DNA from: the human T2T-CHM13v2.0 reference genome, Homo sapiens
Direction: 5' to 3' (one strand)
Length of the DNA stretch: 64,000 nucleotides
Assembly (NCBI RefSeq): GCF_009914755.1
Contig: NC_060928.1
The notes beneath the pieces were generated by a model. It worked only from the letters and a program-made list of their open reading frames with translations, did not search any database and had not been told where the DNA came from. Each line of letters begins with the position of its first letter. The stretch's first letter is position 1. Shown piece by piece: positions 13,321 to 26,789 of the stretch. The position numbers and the translations under genes are program-made.

Positions 13321-15104
13321 CAGTTTCTGATACTGCCAGCAACCAAATTGGTTTTCTGTATGCATAGGAGAATAAGTAATGCTGTTCCAATTGACGTCTC
13401 TCCTTAAGACAGAGATCCTGTTAACTTACTGCAGGCTAAATGTTCAAGACAAATATTCTCCGTTTCTTCCATTGGATCCCAATTTAGATTAACTTCCATA
13501 GTAGGTGAAATGTGTCTTGGTTTTGTACTGTAAACTGTTCACAATTCCTCTGTCAACCTTTGCAATTACATAAGCAATGCCTTGTTTTATTTAAGGTTTC
13601 CTCAATAGCCCTAAGAGGGAGCCACACCTTTCTCTCAGCCACCTGAGCCTATCCATGTAATAATCTCACCCACACAGGAAATTAATCCAGCTCACACTGG
13701 CCACACACACTAATTGTGCAGTTTTTCTTTTTTTAATAAACATTTCCCTGTGCTGTTTTGGTTTGCAGCTGGGAACTGCCCAACCACACACAGAGCTAAG
13801 CTGAAACTAACCTTTCCACTCAACTCAGCAAAAAGGACAACTTTGCCTAGGCAGATGGTGATGTGCACTGCTGTGTGCAATGCATTTCCATGTCACTGGG
13901 CATTCTGAACTTTTCAGAAGCAATTTCAAATATATTTTAAAAGAAAATGTGATGTGAAGGGCTGTGAGCTAAGTTTGTGCTTTAGGCAGACACACCTCTT
14001 ATTTTTCCCTGATTTAAGAACTAAGTTAGGTAAATGAAATCAAGTTAACAATACTATGCATTTCGTGTGTGGAGAGTGGGAGGATACATTTTTGCCTAAG
14101 TAAAGCAAGAGTTTTAGTGAGTTTCAACCTATGTCAATGACAATAATTTGTGAAATAAGAAAATGTGGCAAAACTGCCTCCTAAAAAAATTAGTTCACCA
14201 CCATATTATGTACATATCAGTCAGAAAATAAGTTTTTAAAAAATCACTAGACAAAGTCAAGATTTACTGTTTCTAGTTCTGTCTCTGCCATTTTTCAGGC
14301 ACTTAATTTTTCTGGACTCTAGTTCTGTTGCTTAACAGAGTGCTCAATTTGTATTAGCACTTCTGAAAGAAAACTTATATCTTAGCTCTTCAAGATCTGC
14401 AGCAGAGAGTTCCTTGATCAACTAAGTTCAGGAAACATCAATGCTATATTCTCTTGATGTCACATTTATTAATTCATGTAGAAATTTACATTTGAAAGAC
14501 TTTGAGAAGTACAGCAGTAAAGAAACCTAGTAACTTTGTTTAACTCAATGTTTCTGAAAATTATTTTTTTTACACCATGAGACAATGACGCTAGGAGATA
14601 TACTTTGCGGATCATCGTTTAAATAACCCCTAAAGTCCTGTTCTAAATTTTATGGATATTTATACTTCACTGATAAGTGTGTTAGTAACATTTATTGAAA
14701 ATCTAAAGTTTTAAATCATTATAACATTCTTTTTTTATATATTATTTTAATTTCACTATTTCATATATTTAATATCTCATATCTCAGAAATGAATGAAAA
14801 TGGCACTGAGATAATTAACAAGCTCTGGTCTTTAAATTCCATGATCATGTTCTTTATTGTCATAAAACTTATTTTCAGTTTTATTTCAATTGTTTTTTAA
14901 TTAATTTATAATTTTAAACTCTATACCTTACAACCACTACATATATAGTTAATTTTATTATTTTATCCTTAAGTTTCAAAAGAACTTGAAGTCCAGTCAA
15001 AGTTAGAACTCAATGTTCTAACCTGTCAAAGTTAGAACTCAAAGTTCAAATTCATTATTCCCTGGCTCAGCTTACTGGGCTCTATACTATCCGAATCTAA
15101 ACAC

Positions 15105-15163
15105 TACTTTTAAAAGAAAGTAAAACATTACTTTTAAAAGAAATTACTTTTAAAAGAAAGTAA
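15105..15163. repeat. Three copies of tacttttaaaagaaa
   Basis: Copies at ~15105, ~15129, ~15145; each contains the palindrome cttttaaaag. Confidence 0.85.
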
Positions 15164-15959
15164 TAGATGACTTCTATTTAGCATTCCAGACAATTCACTA
15201 TAATGCTTGTGTTTTTGAGCAAAGTTTACAGTAGAGATAATAAAGTTTTGGGGGAGGGTACAATAAACTGATGAAATACTATGGGAAGTAATTGCTGTGG
15301 CTTAAGAATGGTACTCTCTATACTTACATGATAAGAAAAAGGAAAATATTTGGACACTCAGATTATACAAGATGCCTTATAACCTTGTTACTTGAAATGA
15401 TTCTGGCAATAGTTTGGCAGCTGCCACACTGTGGGTGCCATATGTCTGATGGTCTAACAGAGCTGAGATGCTGCCTGCTGAATCCATTTCATTACTGTAA
15501 TCCTTACTCTGCTAGAAAGCCTCCCCCATATTTTTTACCTCTCATGCTATTTCAGCCTCTTTGTCCTACTCTGCACCTCATCCCCAGAATTAACACGTAA
15601 TTATTCCAGAATGAATAACAAAGAGACAGGGAATACCTATAGTGCTCTTCATGAATGTTTCAGAAAATACCTATCATCCATTTAAGAGGCAAAAATTGCC
15701 TCATCTATTAGTATTTTTAAAAGTAACACTAATTCTAAGCTGCCCTCAACATCTCAATAATATGAAGAGCTAACATTTGTTGAGTACTTACTATGTCCTG
15801 GGTAAAATGCTAATCATGATCATGATTAAATCTGGGTCAAGGATTCTCAAGTCCATTATACCATTCTCTATGTTTTTCTATACATTCAAACATGTATATA
15901 ATATAAATTTAAAATGACATGAGGTCAAATGTTCTCAGGAGAGCATACAGAGACCTTTA

Positions 15960-17830
15960 CAGAATAACAAATTCAGGGACTCAATTAAGCATTTACACAA
16001 AGAATTTGGAAAAAGAACAGAAACAGAAGGAATAATTTTTAAAATGAAATCATAAGTCAAAATGAAAACAATTTTGAAAATTAAAAAATTATATGTAAAA
16101 CTATTTGAAAAAAGCAATATATTTACATTGCTAGTCAAATAATAAGTAAAACATAACTTTAAAACACTATGATTAGAAGGAACATATAATTAGAAGGTTT
16201 TGGAAAGTTTTGAAAATTATGCAAACTAGACAAATTACATTTGAGAATTTTGTATAAAATATAAATTTCCAAGCTTAACAAAAACAAGTTGGAAACTTGA
16301 AAAAATCAAAGTTCATGAAAACTATTTAAAAGTGGCAAAAAGACCCTCCAAACAGAAAGGGCCAGTTTATCTTATGTTTTGAAAGTATCATAAAATTGCA
16401 TTAAATAAAAATGTGTGGAACAGGAAACAGAAATAGATCAATTAGAACTGAATAAGAAATCCAGTAGACATTCATGTTTAAGTAAATATTTAGTTTTTTT
16501 AAAAAAAATAATGGCATTAATTTGGGTTTAGAAAAGATTAGTTGTTTGAGGAATTCTTTAGGTATTCAATTAGGTTGATAACTCAGTGTTTCCTGAAGTA
16601 TGCTATTGAACACCAATTCTACATCATATTAAGAGGTGTTAGGTGAGGTAAAAGATTTCAAGGTTCAAACAAGACTGCACGACAGGCTAGATAATGCCAG
16701 TTTTATTAACTTTAGACATATGAAAAAATAGAGCTATAGGGTATAGGACCTGCTACCCCAAAATATGGCATTTTAGAAAACTGCAGAAGCAGGAAATTTT
16801 CTCTGACCTCTCCTCTCCCATCTCCACAGGTCATCAAATCCTAGGAGGGATTTTCTGATTCTATCCTGAAACAGGTCATGAGACCCTCATTCTAGAGTTG
16901 CCCAATATGTGCCTAGAGGAAATGAGCTCAAGATACAAAGACACCAAGAATCTGAACAAATAAGTCTTTGTAGTTTTCTCCCAGTTTATTACTAATATGT
17001 CATACCTTTTTATCCGCCAATCATATTTCTCTACAACTGTCCACTCATTATCAAAGCTAGCATAAAAAATACCCAGGTTTATCCATTTCTTTGTGCCTTC
17101 ATTTCCTTATGAAGGCTCCTGTGTCACACAAAATTTATGTTAAATACATTTTGTATGTTTTTCTTGTGTTAATCTATCTTTTGTTATAGAGGCCTCAGCC
17201 ACGAACCTAAGATAAGATGGAAAGATATTTCTTTTCCCTTACAAGAGAATACATATACAAAACCATTCATTGTAGAAAGTAAAACAGCCAAAAAATATGT
17301 TTAAAAAAGTTAATCCTCTCTGGTCAAAAAATGCAAATAAAACAAGATACTTTCTTTCAACTCTGCAATTGGCAAATATTAAAAAGTTGTAAAATACAAT
17401 ATTGCTGACTATTTAGATAAATGTCATATACTGCTGATAGGTGCAATTTTTTTCTGGCATGTAAATTGAAGATAGGTACCAAAAGTCTTAAAAAACATTA
17501 TATTGTTTAATTCAGAAATTCCACTTCTAGGAATTTATACTTAAGGGCATAATATATTTAAAAATGCTTCTACAGCTTTATCCACTGAAATATTAGAAAC
17601 AGCCTCAATGTTTTACAATATGGGATTGTGGCAGCCTTTTATGCTGATATAGTTTATTTTCTTGGAAATCATTTTTTGAGGCTATGTTGTTACATGTAAA
17701 ATCTGAGAAAATATGTCTCCTGATAAACCTTTAGAGGAAGTTTATTTTCAAATACCTTATCTATTCTAGGAAAAAGGGGGTGGGACTCACCAGAAATAAA
17801 TGTTTATATGTGCAAGGATGCAACTGTATG
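15960..17830 (+). mobile_element. Fragmented ancient L1M (A-rich sense strand), interrupted by an LTR
   Basis: aatagatcaattagaactgaataagaaatccag, aaatgcaaataaaacaagatac, gaaattccacttctaggaatttat, tagaaacagcctcaatgt. Confidence 0.55.
16735..17243 (+). mobile_element. MER34-family ERV1 solo LTR
   Basis: gctaccccaaaatatg near the start; ends gaaggctcctgtgtcac...gttaatctatcttttgttatagaggcctcagccacgaacctaag...gatatttcttttcccttaca. Confidence 0.7.
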
Positions 17831-19052
17831 TAGCCATTTTAAAATGTCATCATGGAGGAATAGTTTCTCAGGTGTGATCCTTAGAGCCTGAGTGATTCTA
17901 TGAAGACACACAGAGGTCACCTAGGAGGAGGGCAACAGAGCTGTGGACCTTCCATCTGCCTCTTTGTTTCAAAGAGGCATTCTCATGTTTCTGATTTTTA
18001 CGTTTAATATTTATTTTTTGACATAGGTTTAGATGGTTAAAACACCATTGAGAAAAAAAACAATGAAAAATGTTCATTAAATGTCAGAAAAAATTTTGAA
18101 AGATTTTAAAAATACAGATGATTGAGTGTCCTATCTAGGTGCACCTGCCTGCTCGTATCTGCTTTTCATGGTCCTTGAGCTATTTGACAACTCTGGAAGT
18201 TGTAGAAAACTGATAATACAAATTATTTGGGTCCCTAGAAATGCAAATTAAGTGGGTCTTCACAGAATGCAATTGATTAGGACATTTTGCATCCACTTGA
18301 AAGTGCATTTTAACACTCCTTACTTGTGTATGCATGTATGTGTGGTTCTTTGAATTTTCCTTTGAACTGGCTATATCACCTCATTAGTTCCTCATTAATG
18401 ATTGAGTAAAATAAATACATTGATGTACTTATTTTATGTACACATAAGGGTCATAATTTTGTCTTTAAAAAACATTTTCTAACATATGTTTGTATAATTT
18501 TCTAGTAAATTTTATTTTGAATACAGGTTTGCTTGGCTAAAACACATTTGAAAAAATAATGGAAACTATTTCATGACTTGCAACTTGCTTACAAAACAAG
18601 TTAAATGAAAAAGTAGGTCATAAAAGAGAATGTGCAGCATTAACTCATTTTTGCCTTACATTTTTTACAAATTTATCTCTCATCTCTGTCTCCTGAATGC
18701 TGCTTTGGGCTTTTCCAACAGTTCTGTGTTTTTGTAGCAAATCTCCTTAATTGACTTCATACTGAGTGTGCATAGAAGCTTTCCCCTTAAATTTTTGAAA
18801 ACTCAACTCACACTAAGCTTAGAATTTAATAAAATGTTATTGAAGACCTTGAGGAAAACAGAGTGGAATTAAAATGCAAAGAAAAGGAGACAATTCTAAA
18901 TGCTAAGTATTCTATATCATTCTTGTCCATCAAGATTGATGCTCCAGAGATGTCCATCATTCATCATTGGCCTTTTGTATTCCTAGCTGTGTCATGATGC
19001 AAAGTTGAAGAAGCTACCCTACTTCCAGTAATCTAAAATGAGAAAATGCTGC

Positions 19053-19814
19053 TGTGTTAGGCTGTTCTTGCACTGCTGTAAAGAAGTACCTGAGATTGGG
19101 TGATATGGTTTTACTGTGTCCCCACCCAAATTTCAACTTGAATTGTATCGCCCAGAATTCCCACTTGTTGTGGGAGGGATCCAGGGGGAGGTAATTGATT
19201 CATGGGGGCTGGTCTTTCCCGTGCTATTCTTGTAGTAGTGAATAAGTCTCACGAGATCTGATGGATTTATCAGGGGTTTCCACTTTTGCTTCTTCCTCAT
19301 TTTCTCCTGCTGCCACCATGTAAGCAGTGCCTTTCACCTCCTGCCAGGATTCTAAGGCCTCCCCAGCCATGTGGAACTGTAAGTCCAATTAAACCTCTTT
19401 TTCTTCCTAGTCTCCAGTATGTCTTTGTCAGCAGCATGAAAACGGGTTAATACACTGGGTAATTTATAGAGAAAGGAGGTTTAATTGGCTCACAGTTCTG
19501 CAGGCTGTATAAGTAGGAAGCACAGTGCTGGCACATTCTGGGCTTCTGGGGAGGCCTTAGGGAACTTACAATCATGGCAGAAGGCAAAATGGGAGCAGGC
19601 ATGTCACATGGCAGGAGCGAGAGCAAGTGAGAAAGTGACACACACTTTTAAACAACCAGATCTCATGAGAACTCACTCACTGTCATAATGACAGCGCCAA
19701 GCCATGAGAGATCTGCTGCCATGATCCAATCACCTCCCACCAGGCCCCACCTACGATATTTGTGATTACATTTTAATGTGAGATTTGGTAGGGACACAGA
19801 TCAAAGCCATATCA
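19053..19814 (-). mobile_element. MSTB-like MaLR solo LTR split by THE1A
   Basis: tgtgttaggctgttcttgcactgct... resumes at 19455 ctgggtaatttat...ccatatca; TSD gctgc (19048-19052) / gttgc (19815-19819). Confidence 0.88.
19101..19454 (+). mobile_element. THE1A MaLR solo LTR
   Basis: tgatatgg...ggggtttccacttttgcttcttcctcattttctc...taataca, 354 bp; TSD ttggg (19096-19100) / ctggg (19455-19459). Confidence 0.9.
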
Positions 19815-20697
19815 GTTGCCTTCATAATAATCTCAACAAAAATCCAATTTTGTCCCTAAAGAACAAGTCACTTAACATTTCACTTAGAAGCATCTACATT
19901 TAGATTCCTTTATCGTTGCAATATTAGAAAGAGGCCAACCATACATCTTCCTGTCTAATCTGCTTGAGAACCAGGGGAGATAGAGCCTAAAACACCAAGC
20001 CCATCTTTCACCCTAAGAAGAAACAGTGTATGGACTCCCCAAATGGAATCCTTTATAATGTCTAATCTCCACATACCACATTTAGCAACAAGGTAGAAAT
20101 TTTTGACAATATAAAAAATAGCAGCTTCTCAATGTTACATATATTTTCCCTGTTTTCTTCAAGACAATAATAATAGTAATAATAATGAATAATAAGAAAG
20201 GAACAGTAAGTACTATAATGATAATAATGATTGTAATGGCAACAAATAATTTAATAAAATAAAAGTGAAAAAGTTATCTAAATTAAAGGATTTGAGTGAT
20301 GCTGTAAAGGTTTCCATTTTAACAAAACATGATATTTAGTGAAAATTAATTAGTTTTTATTATTTTTTACAGTAATTTTATTACCCATTAAAGTACAAAG
20401 CTTGGCCACCAAGCCATCTGATGGGCATCTCAACTGAATAAATTCACAAATAAAAATAAAATCCACATTCATTTATTACTATTTGGTTTTCTAGACAAAT
20501 TATTTTCCAAACAGTTTTTGTCTTAGGCCTTGAAGAGAAAACACGGTGAGACTACCAGGGTGATGGTTGTCTCTCAGCTCATCAGATTAGATATGGCATA
20601 GATAATCTGTGTCCATTTAAATTTTGCTAACGTATTAGAGATTTCATTAAAATGCTTTGATGTGTTGAGATCTTAACATATTTTGAAGTCATAAAAT

Positions 20698-20782
20698 CAC
20701 ACACACACATACATACACACACACTCTTTTTTAAGTGCTTTCCAGTGTCTATCTAATTTATTATTATTATTATCATTATTTA
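20698..20782. repeat. (CA)n and (TTA)n microsatellites
   Basis: cacacacacacatacatacacacacac then ttattattattattatcattatt. Confidence 0.8.
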
Positions 20783-21427
20783 TTGTGGCACAGTGGTCCC
20801 AAGGTTGTGTTTAATCCTTTCAGATCTACTTAAGTTCTCTAAGTGGCAGTAGACAATCATTGGTTTTCCTGATCACATCCATAACTCATCTTTCTCAATT
20901 CAAATAGACAATAATTTAATTATTTTATTCATTGTGTGAGTTTCCTTTATAATTTGCTTCATGTACAGGTTGGAAATATTTAGCATATCCTACTGAGAAG
21001 ATACAGCCTTTGGGAAACCATTGGCAGAAATGAATAGTTGTCTTTGTTACTTAGAAGTATTGTCCTCTGGAAAAACTGAAGGGTCTAGAGCAGTGCTGAG
21101 AAATATCTTTTAGTTCTAAGTATCACTTTAAATTAATAGACAGTGAATAAAATTAAATCAGTAGCAGGCTTACAAAGTAAAGAATTTAGCCAGATTTTTT
21201 TTTAATCTTAAGAGAAAAAGTAATTTGAGTTTTTAAAGAGTTGTATGAGCAGTTTAAGTTTTGGTCCTTGTCTGGGGAAGGCAAACATAGTGTCAGATTT
21301 TGTTATTCTTATTTTTAAAATTGAACGATAGCAAATGAGAATTTGCTGCAATAAGATGATTGAGTACATATTAAGTATGTATTAAGACCTCCTTATATAT
21401 TTGATTTCTATTGTCTTCTTGCCTGGT

Positions 21428-21485
21428 GAGAGAGAGAGTATGTCTCTGTGTGTGTAATACACACATACACACACACACACACACA
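21428..21485. repeat. Compound (GA)n-(TG)n-(CA)n microsatellite
   Basis: gagagagagag...tgtgtgtgtaatacacacatacacacacac. Confidence 0.85.
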
Positions 21486-22475
21486 GAAGATTACTGTGAT
21501 ATATGAAATCCAATTCCTCATCAGAAAAGTAATAAATCTGAAGAGAATTTAATTGATTCACCCTCAAACCATCCTCGGAATTTACTATGAGACAATCAGT
21601 TCTAAGCGTAGTGCTTTTCATCATACTTGTATTTATTCATGCAACCTGTTTTTTATTTAATCTCCACTTCAGGAGCAGAAAATCTTCTCTAACCTTAGAC
21701 TACTATTCTTTCACTCCAGAAAGATGTCTAAATATTTAGAGTTTAGAAAGTGTTTAACTAAAATGTTGGGTAGTGATTGCAGTTTTCTCAAAACCTTTCA
21801 AAATTTAGAAACTTCTTTGTTGTACAAACAATAAGAATTGTTTGAAGTTTGGTAGAGATAAGAAAAAAGATTACACATTAGGAACACAAAATAATTGAAA
21901 GATTTAAGGCATTAAAAATTCTTTGTAATCAAAAACTGCATTTCTTATCTTGATGAACTCCTTGTTCTCCTGTTTTATCACATATTGCATTAGATTGCCT
22001 TCTTTTAATTTTAATACACACAAATGTAAAATAGGGAGTGTAGATTATGCTGATAATTCAATTGTAAAGTACTTTCTCTGCTTTCATTTTGTACCTTTTT
22101 CTTTGTAATTATTTACTTGATGAAGCATTTGTAAAGCGTTTTTTTTGAAAAATATCACCAAACTGGGGTAAGAGTTTTTGGAAAGTAGTAGGCTTAAGTA
22201 CTAGTTTTTTTGGGCTGCTATAGAGTGAATCCCTTGGTAGGAAATGTATTTGATTTATTTTTTCTGCAATGACTTCTTGCATCTGAAAGACAGCCTGTAT
22301 ATAAACAATACATTCTTTATAGCTGATCCTACCACAAATTAAAAATGTATGTATTATTCTATCACAGACTTATGAGAGTATGTGGTAACAAATAAATGTG
22401 CATTGTATTTATTATACATGCACATAAGGCTAGCATTGAGGGATTCAGTCTTACTCTCTAACAGTCTGGATTTAA

Positions 22476-22769
22476 TTTTTTTTTTTTTGAGATGGAGTCT
22501 TGCTCTGTTGCCCAGGCTGGAGGGCAGTGGCATGATCTCTGTTCACTGCAATCTCTGCCTCCTGAGTTCAAGCAATTCTCTTGCCTCAGCCTCCCGAGTA
22601 GCTGAGATTACAGGTGCCCACCATCACACCTGGCTAATTTTTGTATTTTTAGTAGAGTCGGGGTTTCACCATGTTGGCCAGGCTGGTCTCGAACTCCTGA
22701 CCTCAGGTGTTTACCCGCCTTGGCCTCCCAAAGTGCTGGGATTACAGGTGTGAGCCACCATGCCCAGCC
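22476..22769 (-). mobile_element. AluS (Sx-like), full length
   Basis: Poly-T then both arms; TSD ctggatttaa (22466-22475) / ctgcatttaa (22770-22779). Confidence 0.95.
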
Positions 22770-23299
22770 CTGCATTTAAAATTGATGTACGTGTGTTATG
22801 TGTATTATAGTCACTGTATGTGTGTATCATAGTGGTTATTTGCTCACTGTTGATAGCAGAATATTGTCCTGAAGAGCAATCTTATTTTTAGCTTATTTAA
22901 ATCACAGACCTTTTCTATTTTGGTAAACTCTTATTTCTCCTGACATATTAAACTTGACATTTCACAGATTAAAATATTACTTGAAGAAATAACTTAGCAT
23001 TCTTACAGGAAACAACTTTTATAATTCAAAGATGCTTGGAGTTTTTCACATTCTGAGAACAGAATTATCTGTATGTAGAATGGTCAAATATTTAATATTA
23101 TTTTAGATGAGTATTTCTAAAAGTTACAATCATTTGAAATGTATCCAATATGAAAGTTGTCTGGAAGATTTTATTATTTCTTATACATTGTCAAATCATA
23201 TGTTTAAGAATAATTACAATGGTAATAAATAATAATGACTCTTTATAGCCTTAAGTCAACTTTCTACAATAGTAAAAGAGTGGGAAAAGATTCAGAAGC

Positions 23300-23430
23300 T
23301 AACATTTTATAGGTGAGGGAACTGAAGTTCAGAGAGTGGACAGTTTGCCCATGGCCGCCAAAGATATGTGAAGGAGTTAGGATTTGAACCTAGATTCGTT
23401 AGATTTTTTTAGATTGACACTAAAATCTAT
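23300..23430 (-). mobile_element. MIR remnant
   Basis: cattttataggtgagggaactgaagttcagagag...ttgcccatggcc...ggatttgaacctag. Confidence 0.7.
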
Positions 23431-24637
23431 GCCCTTGTAAAACTTGCAGTAATGACTGAGAGAAGTCAACACTGCAAGTTACTGTGTTTTAATATTCAGA
23501 TGCAATGGGGTTGACCGAGTTAAGAACTGCATTTAAGAGGCATATTATCACTTTACAACCTTGATGCACTTCATTTAATTCAAGCATTTAGTGTTCTCTA
23601 TGTGCTCAGTATCAAGAACACCTTGTTGAGCAACTCTACGGACCCCATTCCCATTGTATCCTATGTCATTTGGATCCCCAGAAGCACATTTCTTGGCAGT
23701 GCCATAGACCTTATGAGAGACAAACAAGAATTACAGCAGTGCTTGTTTTAAAATGCTTGTAACCTTCGTTGGTACACAGTTCTCCCACAAGCGAACAAAC
23801 AAACAAAAAACCGTGGAGAACAATATGAAAAAAAGTGAAAGAATTTAATAATGAGTTAAACATGTGGTAAAGTCATGACTTTTTAGTAAATTATGGAGCA
23901 TTCTATTTTTCTTTCTATTTCTGCTTTCCTCCGCTATTTTTTTTTTTTTTTGTAAAGACTCCTGTGTCACCATGCTGGCCTTCCCAACAGTTTAACATTG
24001 CAGTCATGTGTCAGCCCTTCGAGTCATTGTATGGAACTCCATTAAAATTCTCTCTCTTTATCTGGCCTTGTGAGGGGAGATGATGTTAGGGAGAGGAAGT
24101 GATATCTGACCCAAAAGACAGGAAGACTTCACCCTTTTCAGGAGTATCTGAATGTCAAAAGACATGATCTAGGGATCGAAGAACCAACTTGATTTTTGAA
24201 GAACTGGTGGGTCATGTATCTGTGTTGGAAGTGCCTTTCTTGGGTCACACTTATCAACATAAGTGATAACTCACCAAAAGATGTGCTGGCCACTTTGCCA
24301 AGAATTAGTTATATATGTAGCTCATGACTTTGATCTCTTAGTTCTCAAGAGACCAGAGTTAGTGGCAGTGAGCATCTAGCCATGATAAGCTTCATCTGTT
24401 GCAACTCAGTGAGCCACAAATATTCAGTATGAGCCATGACTGGTAAAATTGCTGGAAAGCACAGGCTTACTCTACTCATGTGTAAGGGCCAATTTTAAAT
24501 ATGTGCTAATGGTCAGGAGAAAGAAGAGTATGAATTTTAGCTCTGGATAGCCTTCATGAGAAGAAACTTCAGCTTGATCTTGAAAGCTAAGTTGGATCTT
24601 AGAGGCAAGGAATTAAAATGCTGTTTGGGACTTGGGA

Positions 24638-24852
24638 AGAAACAGGTTGGCAAATTTTTCTTAAAGGAAAAAATAGTAAATATTTTAGGCTTACAGGCGA
24701 AACCATCTCTGTTACAACTACTCAGTTGTACTGTTGTATTTCAAAGTGGCCCAGATAATATGTAAACGAATGGATGTGGCTTTGTTCCAATAAAACTTCA
24801 TTTACAAAAACCAGTGGCCAGTTGATTAGGCTGCAGTTTGTTTAATCTGCTG
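24638..24852 (+). mobile_element. MER58A (hAT-Charlie)
   Basis: gttggcaaatttttc..aaagg...atagtaaatattttaggctt...tgtaaacgaatggatgtggctttgttccaataaaacttcatttacaaaaac. Confidence 0.85.
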
Positions 24853-25029
24853 TGGTTTTTAACACCATAAATGATCAGTGTTTGCCCTTATTTTTAATAT
24901 GCGGGTAGAATAGAACTTGAAAATAGTAAAAAACTTAAGAAATGGAGTCTATGTCATTCCTGCATATTAATTTCTCTGTGACTCCCAGCTGTTCTTAGAA
25001 CCTAGAACCTGGCTGAATGCCAGCTTGTC

Positions 25030-25215
25030 ATTATTAAATTACTGAGTACTTGCCGTGAGCTGGCACTTAATATGTATGATTTCATTATGTCCTCACCTCA
25101 TAGTGAGAAGCTGAGTCATAGTGAACTTGGGTTGGTAACATGCTCAAGACTGTGTAGCCAATGAGAAACAGAGGATCTAACCCAAATCATTTGGTCTTGG
25201 AAGCCTAACCTTAAA
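25030..25215 (-). mobile_element. MIR remnant
   Basis: actgagtacttgccgtgagctggcac...tttcattatgtcctcac...gaagctgagtc...ggtaacatgctcaagact. Confidence 0.55.
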
Positions 25216-26516
25216 TGTCTTTCCCCCAGGTCTCCGTTAAACTCAGCTTAAAGATAGTCTTTTAAGTATTAAAGATGCCATCAGAAATATTTCTAGAATA
25301 ATATGAGGCAAAATGATATATCCTCAATCTTTAATTCTAAATATTAAATAATGCACTCTCCAACCATATCCATGACTTTGCTTTCTGGGTTACTGAATCA
25401 GAAAGAGTCACCAGAGGTTGCTCCATTCTCAGTGAGTACAGAATCTTAGTTAATCCTCTTTTATTCTCTTCAGTAAGGCTTGTTATGACAACAGAAGTTA
25501 ATAGTGAAACTAAGACTGCCAAAATTATGATGTAGTTCAGAAGGCATCTTTCATTTTATTTTTCCGTTAATACCTATTAAACATTATTAAAATGGGCCTA
25601 CCTACACACACATAAACAGCATTGTAAAATCATGAAAACCTAGTGGTTTTCCATATTGGAGACCTGTCACCTAGGACTTAAGTTAATAATACAAAAGAAT
25701 ATTTTCCACCTTTCTTTCTTTTTTGGGGGGTGGGGGAATAATGTTAAATATCAAATTCTGTTTTAGTTCTTCACAACTTATTTTCCTTTTCATTAGCCTT
25801 CAAGTAGAAAGTGCCTGGGCAAGATAGAGGAGCAAGAAAATCCCAAAACTTGTTGGTTTTCATGCTTCAAGTCTAGTGATAGAAAAAATGATAACTCTAG
25901 TTGTCTCCTAGGATTGAGCAAGGGAAGGAGAATAGAAGATTCAGCAAGAGAAAGTTGTTGTTACTCTCGAAGTATCGAGAAAACAGAGAGACAGAGTCAA
26001 GCAGGTTAGACGTCACTATTCACAGTTTGACTCTGGGTTAATCTAAACTTGTTCTTTTTTTTTTCCAATATGACAAGATCCTGTTTTTTAAAAGTATTTA
26101 CTCATAAGATCTACTTTCCCTTATATTGACTATTTTGATTGATTATTCTAGGAGCTGTGTCCAGTTTTCCTGTATGCCTTTAAGTTTTCTGAAGACAAAA
26201 CACACCCAAAGGAAATTGATATTGGCTACTGGAAATACAGGATAATATTTTCAAGGTGTGTGAACTAAGCCCCTCATCTTAACATTGTGTTCTGAGAATC
26301 CCAAGGGATATTTTGTTTTGGTTTTGCCCAGATGTTCTATTTCCTTATTCCTCTGATGTGATCTTTGTTAGTTTGCATGGTGTTTTCTTCTTTATTTTTA
26401 AAAACTAATTTGGGGTTCTTTTTGTAATCTGGATATCCATGCATCTTCCATTATAGGTGTTAAAACTGTCTTCTCCCCATTTGTAGGTTGCCTTTCTTTA
26501 AATTTTGGGGTTTTTT

Positions 26517-26756
26517 AAATATACTTAAATATACTTTTTAAATATACTGAAGTATACTTTAAGTTCTGGGGTACATGTGTAGAACATGCAGTTTTGTTAC
26601 CTAGGTATATATGTGCCATAGTGGTTTCCTGCAACCATCACCCCATCATCTACATTAAGTATTTCTCCTAATGCTACCCCTCCCCTAGCCCCCTACCCCT
26701 ATAAAGACACATACACATGTTTATTATGGCACTGTTCACAATAGCAAATACTTGGA
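26517..26756 (-). mobile_element. Short 5'-inverted L1PA (L1PA7/8-like) insertion
   Basis: Antisense L1 3' end 26553-26699 (tatactttaagttctggggtacatgtg...cccctacccc) fused to a sense ORF2 piece 26700-26756 (tataaagacac...cttggaa); candidate TSD aattttggggtttttt / aatttgggagtttttt. Confidence 0.8.
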
Positions 26757-26789
26757 AATTTGGGAGTTTTTTTTGAGAAATAAGTTTTT

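Noticed and set aside
22382-22753. 123-aa ORF
   Set aside because: Typical antisense-Alu translation.
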